43,441 nucleotides of DNA from a virus. Lineage: Duplodnaviria > Caudoviricetes. The notes beneath the pieces are model-generated. The model saw nothing but the letters and a program-made list of their open reading frames with translations. It was not told the origin of the DNA and ran no database searches. Both the position numbers and the translations under genes were made by a program. The stretch covers positions 1 to 43,441 of IMG/VR virus record IMGVR_UViG_3300047507_000013. One strand, 5' to 3'. Positions 15,491-23,633 of this stretch are shown one piece after another; the stretch's first letter is position 1, and every line of letters starts with the position of its first letter.

Positions 15491-16015
15491 TTAATAATCG
15501 TCTTCGTCGTTGAAAATATTGAAAGGGTCAAAATCCTTTGGGATCTTTTCCGTGGCATCCATGCCTTCCCGGCGATCGATGTTAAAAATCGCGATCGGCT
15601 TCGACGTCGACCAGGACTCGAGCAGGTCCTGGACCGGCGGCGGGATGGGTACCGCGTCCATCATTGATTCCAGATAATCCTCCTGGACGATCCCGGCCCT
15701 GATGACTCCCTGGGCCTGGATCCCCTTCCGGCGATCCTCATCGCCGTATAAAACATGGACGGCCAAATAAAAGGCCATCTCCGCTTGGGCTTTCTGCAGA
15801 ATCAAAAGCTGGGCAGCCGTGGCATGGGCATAATCCGGGAGGCTCCAATTCGGGCTGTAGAAAAGTCGGTTATAGGCATGCATCAGGGCCTTGATTTTAT
15901 AAAGGTCCGCCGAGGCCATGGGTCCCAGGTCATCCCAGGCTTCCGTTTCCAGCCGCTCGTTTAGAAAATAATCGTCCGCGGCGGCGATGTCGACAAACCA
16001 TCCGATCGGGCTCAT
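15491..16015 (-). CDS. Head-tail adaptor protein
   Basis: AADDYF...AWDDL...KALMHA...LQKAQAEMA...IPPPVQDLL pattern. Confidence 0.7.
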   Translation of the reverse strand: MSPIGWFVDIAAADDYFLNERLETEAWDDLGPMASADLYKIKALMHAYNRLFYSPNWSLPDYAHATAAQLLILQKAQAEMAFYLAVHVLYGDEDRRKGIQAQGVIRAGIVQEDYLESMMDAVPIPPPVQDLLESWSTSKPIAIFNIDRREGMDATEKIPKDFDPFNIFNDEDDY

Positions 16016-16016
16016 G

Positions 16017-16613
16017 TTATCCTCCCTTGATCTCCGGCTTTAATTTGATGAGCGTTTCGGGGACGCCGGCGTTATTGCCGACCAGGCCCTGGCTCTCCGT
16101 CCCGATGTAATCCCACCATAAAATTTTTCTGCTTAATTTCGAGGCGGTCTGGAGATAATAAAAATCCGATTCATAAATCGGCCGCAGCCATTCGTGCCGG
16201 GCCGCGAGATAAAGTTCTTTTCTTAAAATAATGTTTTGGCCGGCGATATATCCGAGCTCAATTCTCCGGGCCTTCCAGCGATCGTCCGGCGGACAAATCC
16301 AGCTTTCCCCGTACGCCATCCGGTGGATGATCATGTCCGGGTCCTGGTATTCCACGGCCGCTTTCAGGTCCTTGATAAAATCGGCGGTCCGCAGGCGGTC
16401 ATCGTCCGGAAGGGTCATAACGAAAAGCCCCTCGATTTGCGGCGCCGCTTCGGCAATCAGGCCCATGGCCGCTATTAAACCCTTCTCAATTGTGGGCCGA
16501 AGGAGAAGGTGCTGGACGTCATGGTCCGTCTGAAATAATACTGATTCTATATTTCTCTTTAGGCAATTCGGCCGGGCCGGGTGGACCTGTGTCAAGATCG
16601 TCAGAAATTTCAT
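16017..16613 (-). CDS. GT-A/GT2-like glycosyltransferase
   Basis: LTILTQVHPARPNCLKRNIESVLFQT N-terminus, FVMTLPDDD (DxD) and YESDFYY. Confidence 0.75.
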   Translation of the reverse strand: MKFLTILTQVHPARPNCLKRNIESVLFQTDHDVQHLLLRPTIEKGLIAAMGLIAEAAPQIEGLFVMTLPDDDRLRTADFIKDLKAAVEYQDPDMIIHRMAYGESWICPPDDRWKARRIELGYIAGQNIILRKELYLAARHEWLRPIYESDFYYLQTASKLSRKILWWDYIGTESQGLVGNNAGVPETLIKLKPEIKGG

Positions 16614-16616
16614 TCT

Positions 16617-17174
16617 TTAATCTGCCTTCATAATAAGTCCGATCCCCATCATCCAGCCCCGGATCATGCTGTCCTTTTTGAAAGCGACGAGTGGCCGCTT
16701 GTTGTTTTCCATGATGTCATTCCAAAAATGGAAGGCGCCTTGTTCGGCTTCGTCCTTTTTATAAATGTCGTGAAAGGCGATGATCCCGGTGACCAGCGGG
16801 TCGTATAAAAGATAATCCGTTTTGACGCTCTGGTAACTGTGATCTCCGTCGATGAAAAGAAGGTCGATGGCCCGGCCGGCCAGGTGCTCTTTCAAGGTCC
16901 TGACCGTTTCGGCGCTGTGAGAATCCCCGAGAATGTCTGGGTGAAATTTCGGCTCTATATCGATCCCGATGTATCGGGCGTTTAAAAATGCTTCATAAAA
17001 TCGGCGCTGGTATCCGTTCCAGATCCCGATCTCCACGACCAAGGGCTGGATGATGTCTCTCGCTTCAAAATAGGCGGAAGCGAATTCCAGGAAAAAGCGC
17101 CATTCGCTCATCTCCTGCCCAAATTGATTAGCTGGAAAAGAGGCCCATAAATTGTTGAATTTTTTAAGGTTCAT
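16617..17174 (-). CDS. Class I SAM-dependent methyltransferase (Methyltransf_24-like)
   Basis: VVEIGIWNG, IGIDI, IDLLFIDGDHSY and GIIAFHDI motifs. Confidence 0.88.
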   Translation of the reverse strand: MNLKKFNNLWASFPANQFGQEMSEWRFFLEFASAYFEARDIIQPLVVEIGIWNGYQRRFYEAFLNARYIGIDIEPKFHPDILGDSHSAETVRTLKEHLAGRAIDLLFIDGDHSYQSVKTDYLLYDPLVTGIIAFHDIYKKDEAEQGAFHFWNDIMENNKRPLVAFKKDSMIRGWMMGIGLIMKAD

Positions 17175-17881
17175 ACTCTCCCCCGGTTGTATTCCCAGCC
17201 GCCCTCGATCGGTGGAAGGCGTCTGGCCTTTCTCCTCGAGCTGGTGCCGGCCGCGTCATGGCGGATGAATTCCCGGGGCGCCCCGGTCCAGTTTAATCCC
17301 TTGCCGCTCGAATGACCGAGCCCCGGAAATTCCTTCAGGATTTTTCCTGAAAGCCCTTTTTTGAAAATATCCAGCATGGCCAGATAGCAGGGGGCGCCGT
17401 GATGGACATAAGGATGAAATTTTCTGTAATTCTCCAAATTGATCAATTGAAAATATGGATGAAGATAGGGCATCCATTGCCCGGGCGTGTTGTGTCCGGG
17501 CCAGCCCCATTCGAATCCGTCCCAGGCCGTCTTGTGCTCAATGTATCCGACGCCGTAGGTGTCCGGCTCCATCATCGCCAACATCGCTTCGACCGGGCTT
17601 TTCATCATCTCAATGTCCGAGTCGAAAATGAGGGCGTAGAGGGTTTTCATTTCAGCGATTCCCTTGACCAAGCCGCGGCCATGGCCGATGTTGTAGCCCA
17701 TTGAAAAAATCGTAGTGAATTCGCCGGCGAGCGTTCTAGCATAATTGTAGCAGGGGTCCCTGGGATCCGAGCCGTCGATGATGATGATCGGCATCTCCGG
17801 ATGAAATTTCCGGACCGAATTAAAGGCCCTGGCCAGCAGGTCCGCCGTGTTGTGGGTTACGGTCATGCCGGTGATGTTCAT
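17171..17881 (-). CDS. GT2-family glycosyltransferase
   Basis: VTHNTADLL...IIIIDGS...NIGHGRG...ALIFDSD (DxD). ATGA-coupled start at 17881. Confidence 0.82.
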   Translation of the reverse strand: MNITGMTVTHNTADLLARAFNSVRKFHPEMPIIIIDGSDPRDPCYNYARTLAGEFTTIFSMGYNIGHGRGLVKGIAEMKTLYALIFDSDIEMMKSPVEAMLAMMEPDTYGVGYIEHKTAWDGFEWGWPGHNTPGQWMPYLHPYFQLINLENYRKFHPYVHHGAPCYLAMLDIFKKGLSGKILKEFPGLGHSSGKGLNWTGAPREFIRHDAAGTSSRRKARRLPPIEGGWEYNRGRV

Positions 17882-18591
17882 GAAAATGCCTTCTCCAAAT
17901 TTAGCGAGCCGTTTAGAAAATCGAGGTAAATCTGAAAATCTCTTGGGATCCATTGCCGCAGGACGCGCCGGTCCGGGCTGTCCGTCTTCGGATAAATGGC
18001 CGCCTTGTGTCCGGCGCCGATCCCGGGCCGGCCCGGCAACCCTTTGATTCCCAAATAAAGCGGGTTGTCCTCATCGGAGAAAAGGAATCCCCGGGCTCCC
18101 GCCTTCCTCCAGATCCGCATGTCGAGATAGGTGTCGCCCGTGAGGAGCGCCTGGAATTCCGGCAAAAAGGAAATCTGAAATCCCGTCTCCGCCAGCGAGG
18201 CGTGGCTCCGGTTTTGAATCTGCATGAATTTTCCCGTGGGCAGGTGATAATATTTGCTTTGCAGGATCCCGGCGACCTGGTGGTGCTCTAAAACCGCGTC
18301 CAGGCATTCGGCATATCCGGGGGCATAGTATTCATCGTCCTCGATAACAATAATCCTGTCTCCCTTGATCAGCGGGACGGCTGCGGCCAGGTTCAAAATA
18401 AGCGTCGGCTTCGGTTCTCCCGGCTGGGGCTGCCGGCGCACGTATTCCATGGGGATCCGCGGCTTGAGCGGCGCTTGGCCGTCATCGATGACCAGCCATT
18501 GATCCGGCTTCCGGGTCTGGTTCCTCATCCAGAGCTGGCAAAGGTCAAAAGCCAGGGGCCGGTCTCCGGTGGGGGTTATGGCCGTCAACAT
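17878..18591 (-). CDS. GT2-like glycosyltransferase
   Basis: AITPTGDRP...QWLVIDDG...IIVIEDDEYYAPGY. GGAGG RBS before the ATG at 18591. Confidence 0.82.
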   Translation of the reverse strand: MLTAITPTGDRPLAFDLCQLWMRNQTRKPDQWLVIDDGQAPLKPRIPMEYVRRQPQPGEPKPTLILNLAAAVPLIKGDRIIVIEDDEYYAPGYAECLDAVLEHHQVAGILQSKYYHLPTGKFMQIQNRSHASLAETGFQISFLPEFQALLTGDTYLDMRIWRKAGARGFLFSDEDNPLYLGIKGLPGRPGIGAGHKAAIYPKTDSPDRRVLRQWIPRDFQIYLDFLNGSLNLEKAFS

Positions 18592-18727
18592 CCGTGCCTC
18601 CCGCCGGCTGGGCCGGCTTCCCCCCGCCCGGACCCGGCCTTTCCGCGATCGTATAGGCTCCCGGGCTCCCGGCCGTATCCGCTCCGATCGGCCGTCCTGG
18701 GGCATCCTGGTGCGATTTCTTTTCGGC

Positions 18728-18949
18728 TCATCGGACTCCTATCTGGTATCCGCATTTTATGCATCTTGCCGCTCTGTTAAAGCCGGCCTTGGCCAGCCAG
18801 CAGGGCGCCCGTTTTAAATACATCGGCGTCCCGTCTCTCGGACAAGCCTGGCCGGATAGAGGCAGCCCCAAATCTTCAACCTGCTGGGCCGGCGTCCGCT
18901 TTGGCAATTCCCGTTTCGGCAGCAGCTTCAGATTGCTTGTCGAAAGCAT
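18728..18949 (-). CDS. Small Zn-ribbon-like protein
   Basis: CPRDGTPM...C...RCIKCGY motifs. GAGGAGG RBS before the ATG at 18949. Confidence 0.6.
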   Translation of the reverse strand: MLSTSNLKLLPKRELPKRTPAQQVEDLGLPLSGQACPRDGTPMYLKRAPCWLAKAGFNRAARCIKCGYQIGVR

Positions 18950-19676
18950 CCAGGACCTCCTCCGCCGTTTTGAATTCAAAGCAGCGCAGGCCGCTTGTCG
19001 GGTTCAAATTTATGACCCGGATCCCCTTCGCCTGGAGCTGGGGCGCCAGGACCTCGAAGCCTCTCCGGAAGCTCTTGTTCGGCCGGCCGGAAAATTTGCC
19101 CGGGTAGCCGTTGTGAAAATGGGTCGGACCTTCGTCGTGCATGTCGAAGCCCAAAAGGTAGACCGGGTTGGCGGCGAGGCAAATGGCGAGCTGCAGGGCG
19201 CCGTATCCGGAATTGTTGGAGCTGTAGATCCCGGTCTTCAATCCGGCCGGGAATCCCACGAGGCCGGCGCTCCGGATGTAGTGGACGTCTTCGCCGAAGG
19301 GGCTGTTGAGTGCGTCTAGAAAAATCCGGGCTCCGGCGAAGGCCGAGAAACTCCCGGCTTTGTATTTCTGGCACCATTGATAAAAAGGAAAATCCATGGA
19401 AAACATCAAGTCTGCAAAGGGGGCGAATTCAAAGGCCCGATTGATGGCGATCGTCCGTCGGCCGCGGAGCCGCTCGAAATTGAATCCAGTCAGGCTGGGG
19501 CCGCCTCCAATGAGGAAGCAGGGCTGGCCGGCCCATTGCCCGTCGTGGAGGATCTCGCTGATGTGTTTCTTGGTTCCCCGTGCCAGGATCCAGGCCGCTT
19601 CCATTCCCTGTCTCCGGCTTCTCAAAATTTTGTTGACGTTATAATCGCGGGTCGTGATCGGCGGTCCGGCGTACAT
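18876..19676 (-). CDS. Maf/DUF115-like (MptE-like/sialyltransferase-like fold) putative glycosyltransferase
   Basis: CFLIGGGPSL, TIAINRA, NNSGYGALQLA, VYLLGFDM...HFH and VINLNP motifs. Confidence 0.78.
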   Translation of the reverse strand: MYAGPPITTRDYNVNKILRSRRQGMEAAWILARGTKKHISEILHDGQWAGQPCFLIGGGPSLTGFNFERLRGRRTIAINRAFEFAPFADLMFSMDFPFYQWCQKYKAGSFSAFAGARIFLDALNSPFGEDVHYIRSAGLVGFPAGLKTGIYSSNNSGYGALQLAICLAANPVYLLGFDMHDEGPTHFHNGYPGKFSGRPNKSFRRGFEVLAPQLQAKGIRVINLNPTSGLRCFEFKTAEEVLDAFDKQSEAAAETGIAKADAGPAG

Positions 19677-19692
19677 CGGATTCTCCTTTTGA

Positions 19693-19721
19693 AAGAGAGG
19701 CGGGGGAGGAAGCTCCCCCGC
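19693..19721 (-). terminator. Hairpin (probable leaky terminator) after the major capsid gene
   Basis: 9-bp stem GCGGGGGAG/CTCCCCCGC followed by an imperfect U-tract, CTCTCTTTC. Confidence 0.55.
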
Positions 19722-19753
19722 TCATGTCAAGAAGAACGCTCAGGCTGCTTTGC

Positions 19754-20839
19754 CTATTGGCTCATTCCCGAGGGGATCGTCGGATCGATGCATTCGATCT
19801 GGTCCATGTCCCCGCCGCATCCGCCGTAGCGCATCCATCCGGCTTGCGTGTCCGTATAGGACAAAATGTCGAAGTCGGAAAAGAGGCTCAGGTCCATCCG
19901 GTAGCCGGCCTTCATTTTGAATTTTGGAAGAACGACGTAGTACCGGTTCGTGTTGATTAACATTTGCGTGGTGATGTGCTGGAAATTGAAATTGATCTGC
20001 TTTTCGCTTCCGGCATAATGCTGGAGCGTGACGCTCAGGGCTTGCCGGATCCGGCTTTGGAGCTGCAGGGGCGTCAGGACGATTAGGGTCACGGTCTGGG
20101 GTGAAACCCCATAACCTTTTCCCTTGACGTTTTCGAGGATGGCGATGGCCGCGGCGTTGATGGCGTTCGCGTCCGCTCTGGCCAGGGCCGAGCAGTCTTG
20201 GCAATTGACCGCTTCGGTCGGCCAGCAGGCGCTTTTGGCCGCTCCCATCGCTTCGATCAGGGCATAAAAAACGGCCGCTCTGAATTGGTAGGCTTTGTTC
20301 CGGAATTCAATCGCGTTGTCCTCGATCGTCCACCAGTCGCCGTCATCAAAGAGCTGGCGGTGCCATCCGAGCGCGGCTCCGTAGAAATCAAAGTAGCATT
20401 CCTGCTTGCCTCCGCTCATTTGGTAGACGTCGATTTTTTCGCCCGGCTTGACCAGTTTAAAAGTCAGGCCGCTCTGGACATCGTGCATGGTGAAGCCGCT
20501 TCTCTTGCTGGCGCCGAAATCCCGGACGTCAAAAATCTGTTCATAACTATTGTCCCAGGCCGGGATGATATGGTACTTTTCGATGATCGGCAAAAGCGAG
20601 GCCGGAAAGTCGGCGGGGGTCGTGAACATTTGAGCCTTGGCGAGTCTGACGCCTTCGTTATAAATCTTTTTGGCGTCGACGAACGCCTGGATTTTAGCGA
20701 AGTCTAGGCTCCTGATTTTCGGGATGAAGGTATCCGGCACGGCCAGGAAATACTGCAGGGCTCCCCGCAGCATGTTCCTCTGCTCGGTGTCCTTGTGATC
20801 GAATTTCTCCCAATCAAGATTAAAAATTCTGCTTCTCAT
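19754..20839 (-). CDS. Major capsid protein (HK97-fold, inferred)
   Basis: 361 aa after the scaffold and decoration genes and followed by a terminator-like hairpin. YGAALGWHRQLFDDG resembles the G..I.R..I.DD capsid motif. Confidence 0.8.
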   Translation of the reverse strand: MRSRIFNLDWEKFDHKDTEQRNMLRGALQYFLAVPDTFIPKIRSLDFAKIQAFVDAKKIYNEGVRLAKAQMFTTPADFPASLLPIIEKYHIIPAWDNSYEQIFDVRDFGASKRSGFTMHDVQSGLTFKLVKPGEKIDVYQMSGGKQECYFDFYGAALGWHRQLFDDGDWWTIEDNAIEFRNKAYQFRAAVFYALIEAMGAAKSACWPTEAVNCQDCSALARADANAINAAAIAILENVKGKGYGVSPQTVTLIVLTPLQLQSRIRQALSVTLQHYAGSEKQINFNFQHITTQMLINTNRYYVVLPKFKMKAGYRMDLSLFSDFDILSYTDTQAGWMRYGGCGGDMDQIECIDPTIPSGMSQ

Positions 20840-20862
20840 TTTGTTCCTTCCTTCGTCCTCTT

Positions 20863-21291
20863 CTACTCGAGCAGGGTAGCTTTGTCGCCTTTGAAATCGA
20901 TCACGACATATTCGTCGTCATCGTCGGCGGCCTGGACGCAGATTCCGATCCAATAAAGGCCGGAAGCCCAGGGCTGGACGGGGTCGGCATAGACCCCGGA
21001 ATAACCGATCTTGTTTCCCACGGCAAAGGCCGTACCGGCGCCCGTGACTTTGGGGACCCTGATTTTTTCGGCATTATAAATGCCGACGCAGTCTTCCCCG
21101 ACATCAAGTTGCTGGGGAGAGCGCGGGTATCCCTGGGCGTCAAAAAGTATCTCGCCGAAAAAGGTTATGAAAACGGTTTCATTAATCAGAATCAGCAAGC
21201 CGTTCTGAACGCCGCCCGACTGCACGACGGGAAATTTGCTGCTGCACCATTTGCCCATCGGAGTGGCGGTTCTGAGATATTGAGGGCTCAT
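20863..21291 (-). CDS. Capsid cement/decoration protein (DUF2190-like)
   Basis: VPKVTGAGTAFAVGNKI...IGICVQAADDDDEYVVI pattern, in position just before the MCP gene. Confidence 0.75.
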   Translation of the reverse strand: MSPQYLRTATPMGKWCSSKFPVVQSGGVQNGLLILINETVFITFFGEILFDAQGYPRSPQQLDVGEDCVGIYNAEKIRVPKVTGAGTAFAVGNKIGYSGVYADPVQPWASGLYWIGICVQAADDDDEYVVIDFKGDKATLLE

Positions 21292-21333
21292 GCTTTTCTC
21301 CTTTGTTAAATTATGAGATCGTGGAGGCGTCCC

Positions 21334-22530
21334 TTATTTCGGAATCATCGGGTTCTGGGCCGGATCAAGATACTTGTCGGCGATCTCCCCGCCCTTGCTT
21401 TCCTCCGGCTCGGCGCCGGTCGCTTTGTCCTTTCCATCGCCGCCGGCTTTTTCGTCTTTCTTGCCGCCGGCCGCGGGGACGATCTTGATTCCAAAGAGTT
21501 CCGCCGTCGTTTTAAATTCATCTAGCTCTTTGTCTAAATGGACCTTAAATTCGGCTTCGATTTTTTCAGGCGCCGTGGCCTTGAATTTGTCGAGCCGAGG
21601 TTTGATGAATTTTTTCTGTTGGTCCGTGAGCTTTCGATCGGTGGCCTCTTTTTCGAAGAGCGCCGGGACCTTGGTTAAGACGAGCTCGCCGTCCTTGGCG
21701 GCGATCGTTTTGTTCGCCGTTTCGAGTTTTTCGGTCAGCTCTTTCTTTTCCTTGGCCCATGTTTCCTCGAGCCGTTTCTTGTCGGCAAATTCCGAGGAGC
21801 CGGCTCTCCGTTTTTCCGTTTCGATCATTCCCTTGACCGCGGGGTCCTCTGCCAGCGCATCGTTTCCAAAGAAATCCGAAGGCTTGACGCCTTTCGCCGT
21901 CCTGAAGAATTCCCGGACATCTTCAGCGGTTAATCCTTCCACGTTAGCTCCTTCCGCTTCGTGCGATTTTTTATTAGCGAAAGCCTGGACCTGGGCCAGC
22001 AACGTAGCGCCGGCGAAGCCCGGGCGATCGAATTCTGAATTGCCCAGCGCGATGGCCGTAACGTCCCGGACGTCGGCCGTGTAAATTTTGCGCAGGCGGT
22101 CTTCCTTGAAATTGATATCGGCCTCGATCGAGGCGACGTCGAGCGGCAGCCCCCGGAATTCCGGTTTGATGTAGGCGATCGCCACGACCGATAATCTGTC
22201 TTTGATCCAGCGCAGGCTCTTGCCCACGATCTCGCCGATCGGCGTCCGGCCCTCCAGGTCGTTCGTGGCCGCGTGTTCGTGAAAAATTTTTAGGCCGTGC
22301 TGGATCTTGTGATATAAATTCTCAATGGCCGATCTGAACCATCGCGCTACAACCGTGCCGGCGCCGACCACCTTGCCGGCGCTGTCGCCCTCATGGCCGA
22401 CGATGTAGGCCCTGAAAATCGGGCTCGGATCTTCGGCTTTGATCCGGTTGTATTCGGAGGCCGGGATGATCTTCAAGATCTCGTTGGCCGCCATGGCCTG
22501 GTACCGGGCGATGAATCGGACCTGGCTCAT
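21334..22530 (-). CDS. Prohead protease/scaffold fusion protein
   Basis: Globular N-terminus (IFHEH...PIGEIV...ASIEA...IALG..RPGF) with a charged coiled-coil C-terminus. Confidence 0.72.
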   Translation of the reverse strand: MSQVRFIARYQAMAANEILKIIPASEYNRIKAEDPSPIFRAYIVGHEGDSAGKVVGAGTVVARWFRSAIENLYHKIQHGLKIFHEHAATNDLEGRTPIGEIVGKSLRWIKDRLSVVAIAYIKPEFRGLPLDVASIEADINFKEDRLRKIYTADVRDVTAIALGNSEFDRPGFAGATLLAQVQAFANKKSHEAEGANVEGLTAEDVREFFRTAKGVKPSDFFGNDALAEDPAVKGMIETEKRRAGSSEFADKKRLEETWAKEKKELTEKLETANKTIAAKDGELVLTKVPALFEKEATDRKLTDQQKKFIKPRLDKFKATAPEKIEAEFKVHLDKELDEFKTTAELFGIKIVPAAGGKKDEKAGGDGKDKATGAEPEESKGGEIADKYLDPAQNPMIPK

Positions 22531-22835
22531 TTCTTGCCCTTCCCGGATTTTTCTTTAGGCGTAAAGCCTTGCCCCGGCTCCCCCTTCGGGGCGCCTTCCG
22601 CGAGTGTCTTAGCCGGGGGCTCTATCTTGGGTTTCGGCGTATCCAGGGCCGTCTCCCGGACGTTCCGGTGCGTGTCCATATAAGTCGATGGCTTGCGAGG
22701 CCCGAGCGGGGCCTGTTCTTTGGGCTGGATTTTGTTAGTCGTTGGCGGATCCCATTTTCCTTTTGCATCCCGCGGCTGGTGATCAACCGGCGGCTTCGGC
22801 TCCGGAACCTTGATTTTATTTGTGCTTATGATCAT
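22527..22835 (-). CDS. Pro/Lys-rich basic disordered protein in the head module
   Basis: 102 aa with an HQPRDAKGKW motif. ATGA overlap with the protease gene. Confidence 0.6.
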   Translation of the reverse strand: MIISTNKIKVPEPKPPVDHQPRDAKGKWDPPTTNKIQPKEQAPLGPRKPSTYMDTHRNVRETALDTPKPKIEPPAKTLAEGAPKGEPGQGFTPKEKSGKGKK

Positions 22836-22837
22836 GC

Positions 22838-23200
22838 CTATTTCTCCTCTTCAGCCTTTTGCGCCTCCAGGAATTCTTTTGTTAGCGCCTCTTCATTCGG
22901 CTGGGGAATGAGCGGATTTTCCGCGGGGTTTAAATAATCTTCCGGTTCCATGTGCTGGGTTTCTTTCGAGGCCGCTTCGAACGATCCCCCGGCATCCTTG
23001 CAATGAGCCCGGGCCGCCTCTTCTGTCCATTCGCTTTTCGGATAGCGATAAGCCTGGGCTTCAGAACCGCTTTTCCCGGCGCGTTTCCCTACAAGAATTC
23101 GGTAGTTTTTCCCTTTGTGATCTCGCGTTAAACTCCCGACGACTTTGACTTCATCGGGATTGGCGAGCCTACATGAATGTTCGTTAGGGAATGGACTCAT
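22838..23200 (-). CDS. Head-associated protein (PNEHxCRL...QAYRY..WT domain)
   Basis: 120 aa carrying YLNPAENPLIP, which matches the scaffold C-terminus. Confidence 0.75.
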   Translation of the reverse strand: MSPFPNEHSCRLANPDEVKVVGSLTRDHKGKNYRILVGKRAGKSGSEAQAYRYPKSEWTEEAARAHCKDAGGSFEAASKETQHMEPEDYLNPAENPLIPQPNEEALTKEFLEAQKAEEEK

Positions 23201-23246
23201 GGTAAAACCTCATCCAAGGCATCAGCTTCCTTCTTATGCCCTTGTT

Positions 23247-23633
23247 TTAATACCGATTCGGATCTTTGTCAAATGAAATTTTTGTCGCTATGGCGATTTG
23301 GCTGTCTGAAATTTTCTCTAAAATCTTGGTGTGGGCAGCTTCGTTATTGGCCAGGACCGCCAGGCATTCACAGAGCTTGTCCGTCTTTTGATCGATGCTG
23401 TCGATTTTCGTATTGGCCGCAATAGCCGAGCCCATGTGATTTTGGACCTGGGCCACGTATCCCGGGTTGAGGCCGTTTGTCTTTCCATTTCCTTTGCCTT
23501 TGAATTTCAAGGCCCAGGCCAGGACTCGGTCGATGATGAGCAGAGCGAAGATCCCGCCCACCCCGAGTTCGATGAAGTTTGAGCTCTTGGTCAGAGTTTT
23601 GACGGCCTCTGTGGCCTGCTGCAGGTCGATCAT
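23247..23633 (-). CDS. Single-TM membrane protein with coiled coil
   Basis: TM segment FIELGVGGIFALLIIDRVLAWAL. ATGA overlap with the portal stop. Confidence 0.7.
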   Translation of the reverse strand: MIDLQQATEAVKTLTKSSNFIELGVGGIFALLIIDRVLAWALKFKGKGNGKTNGLNPGYVAQVQNHMGSAIAANTKIDSIDQKTDKLCECLAVLANNEAAHTKILEKISDSQIAIATKISFDKDPNRY

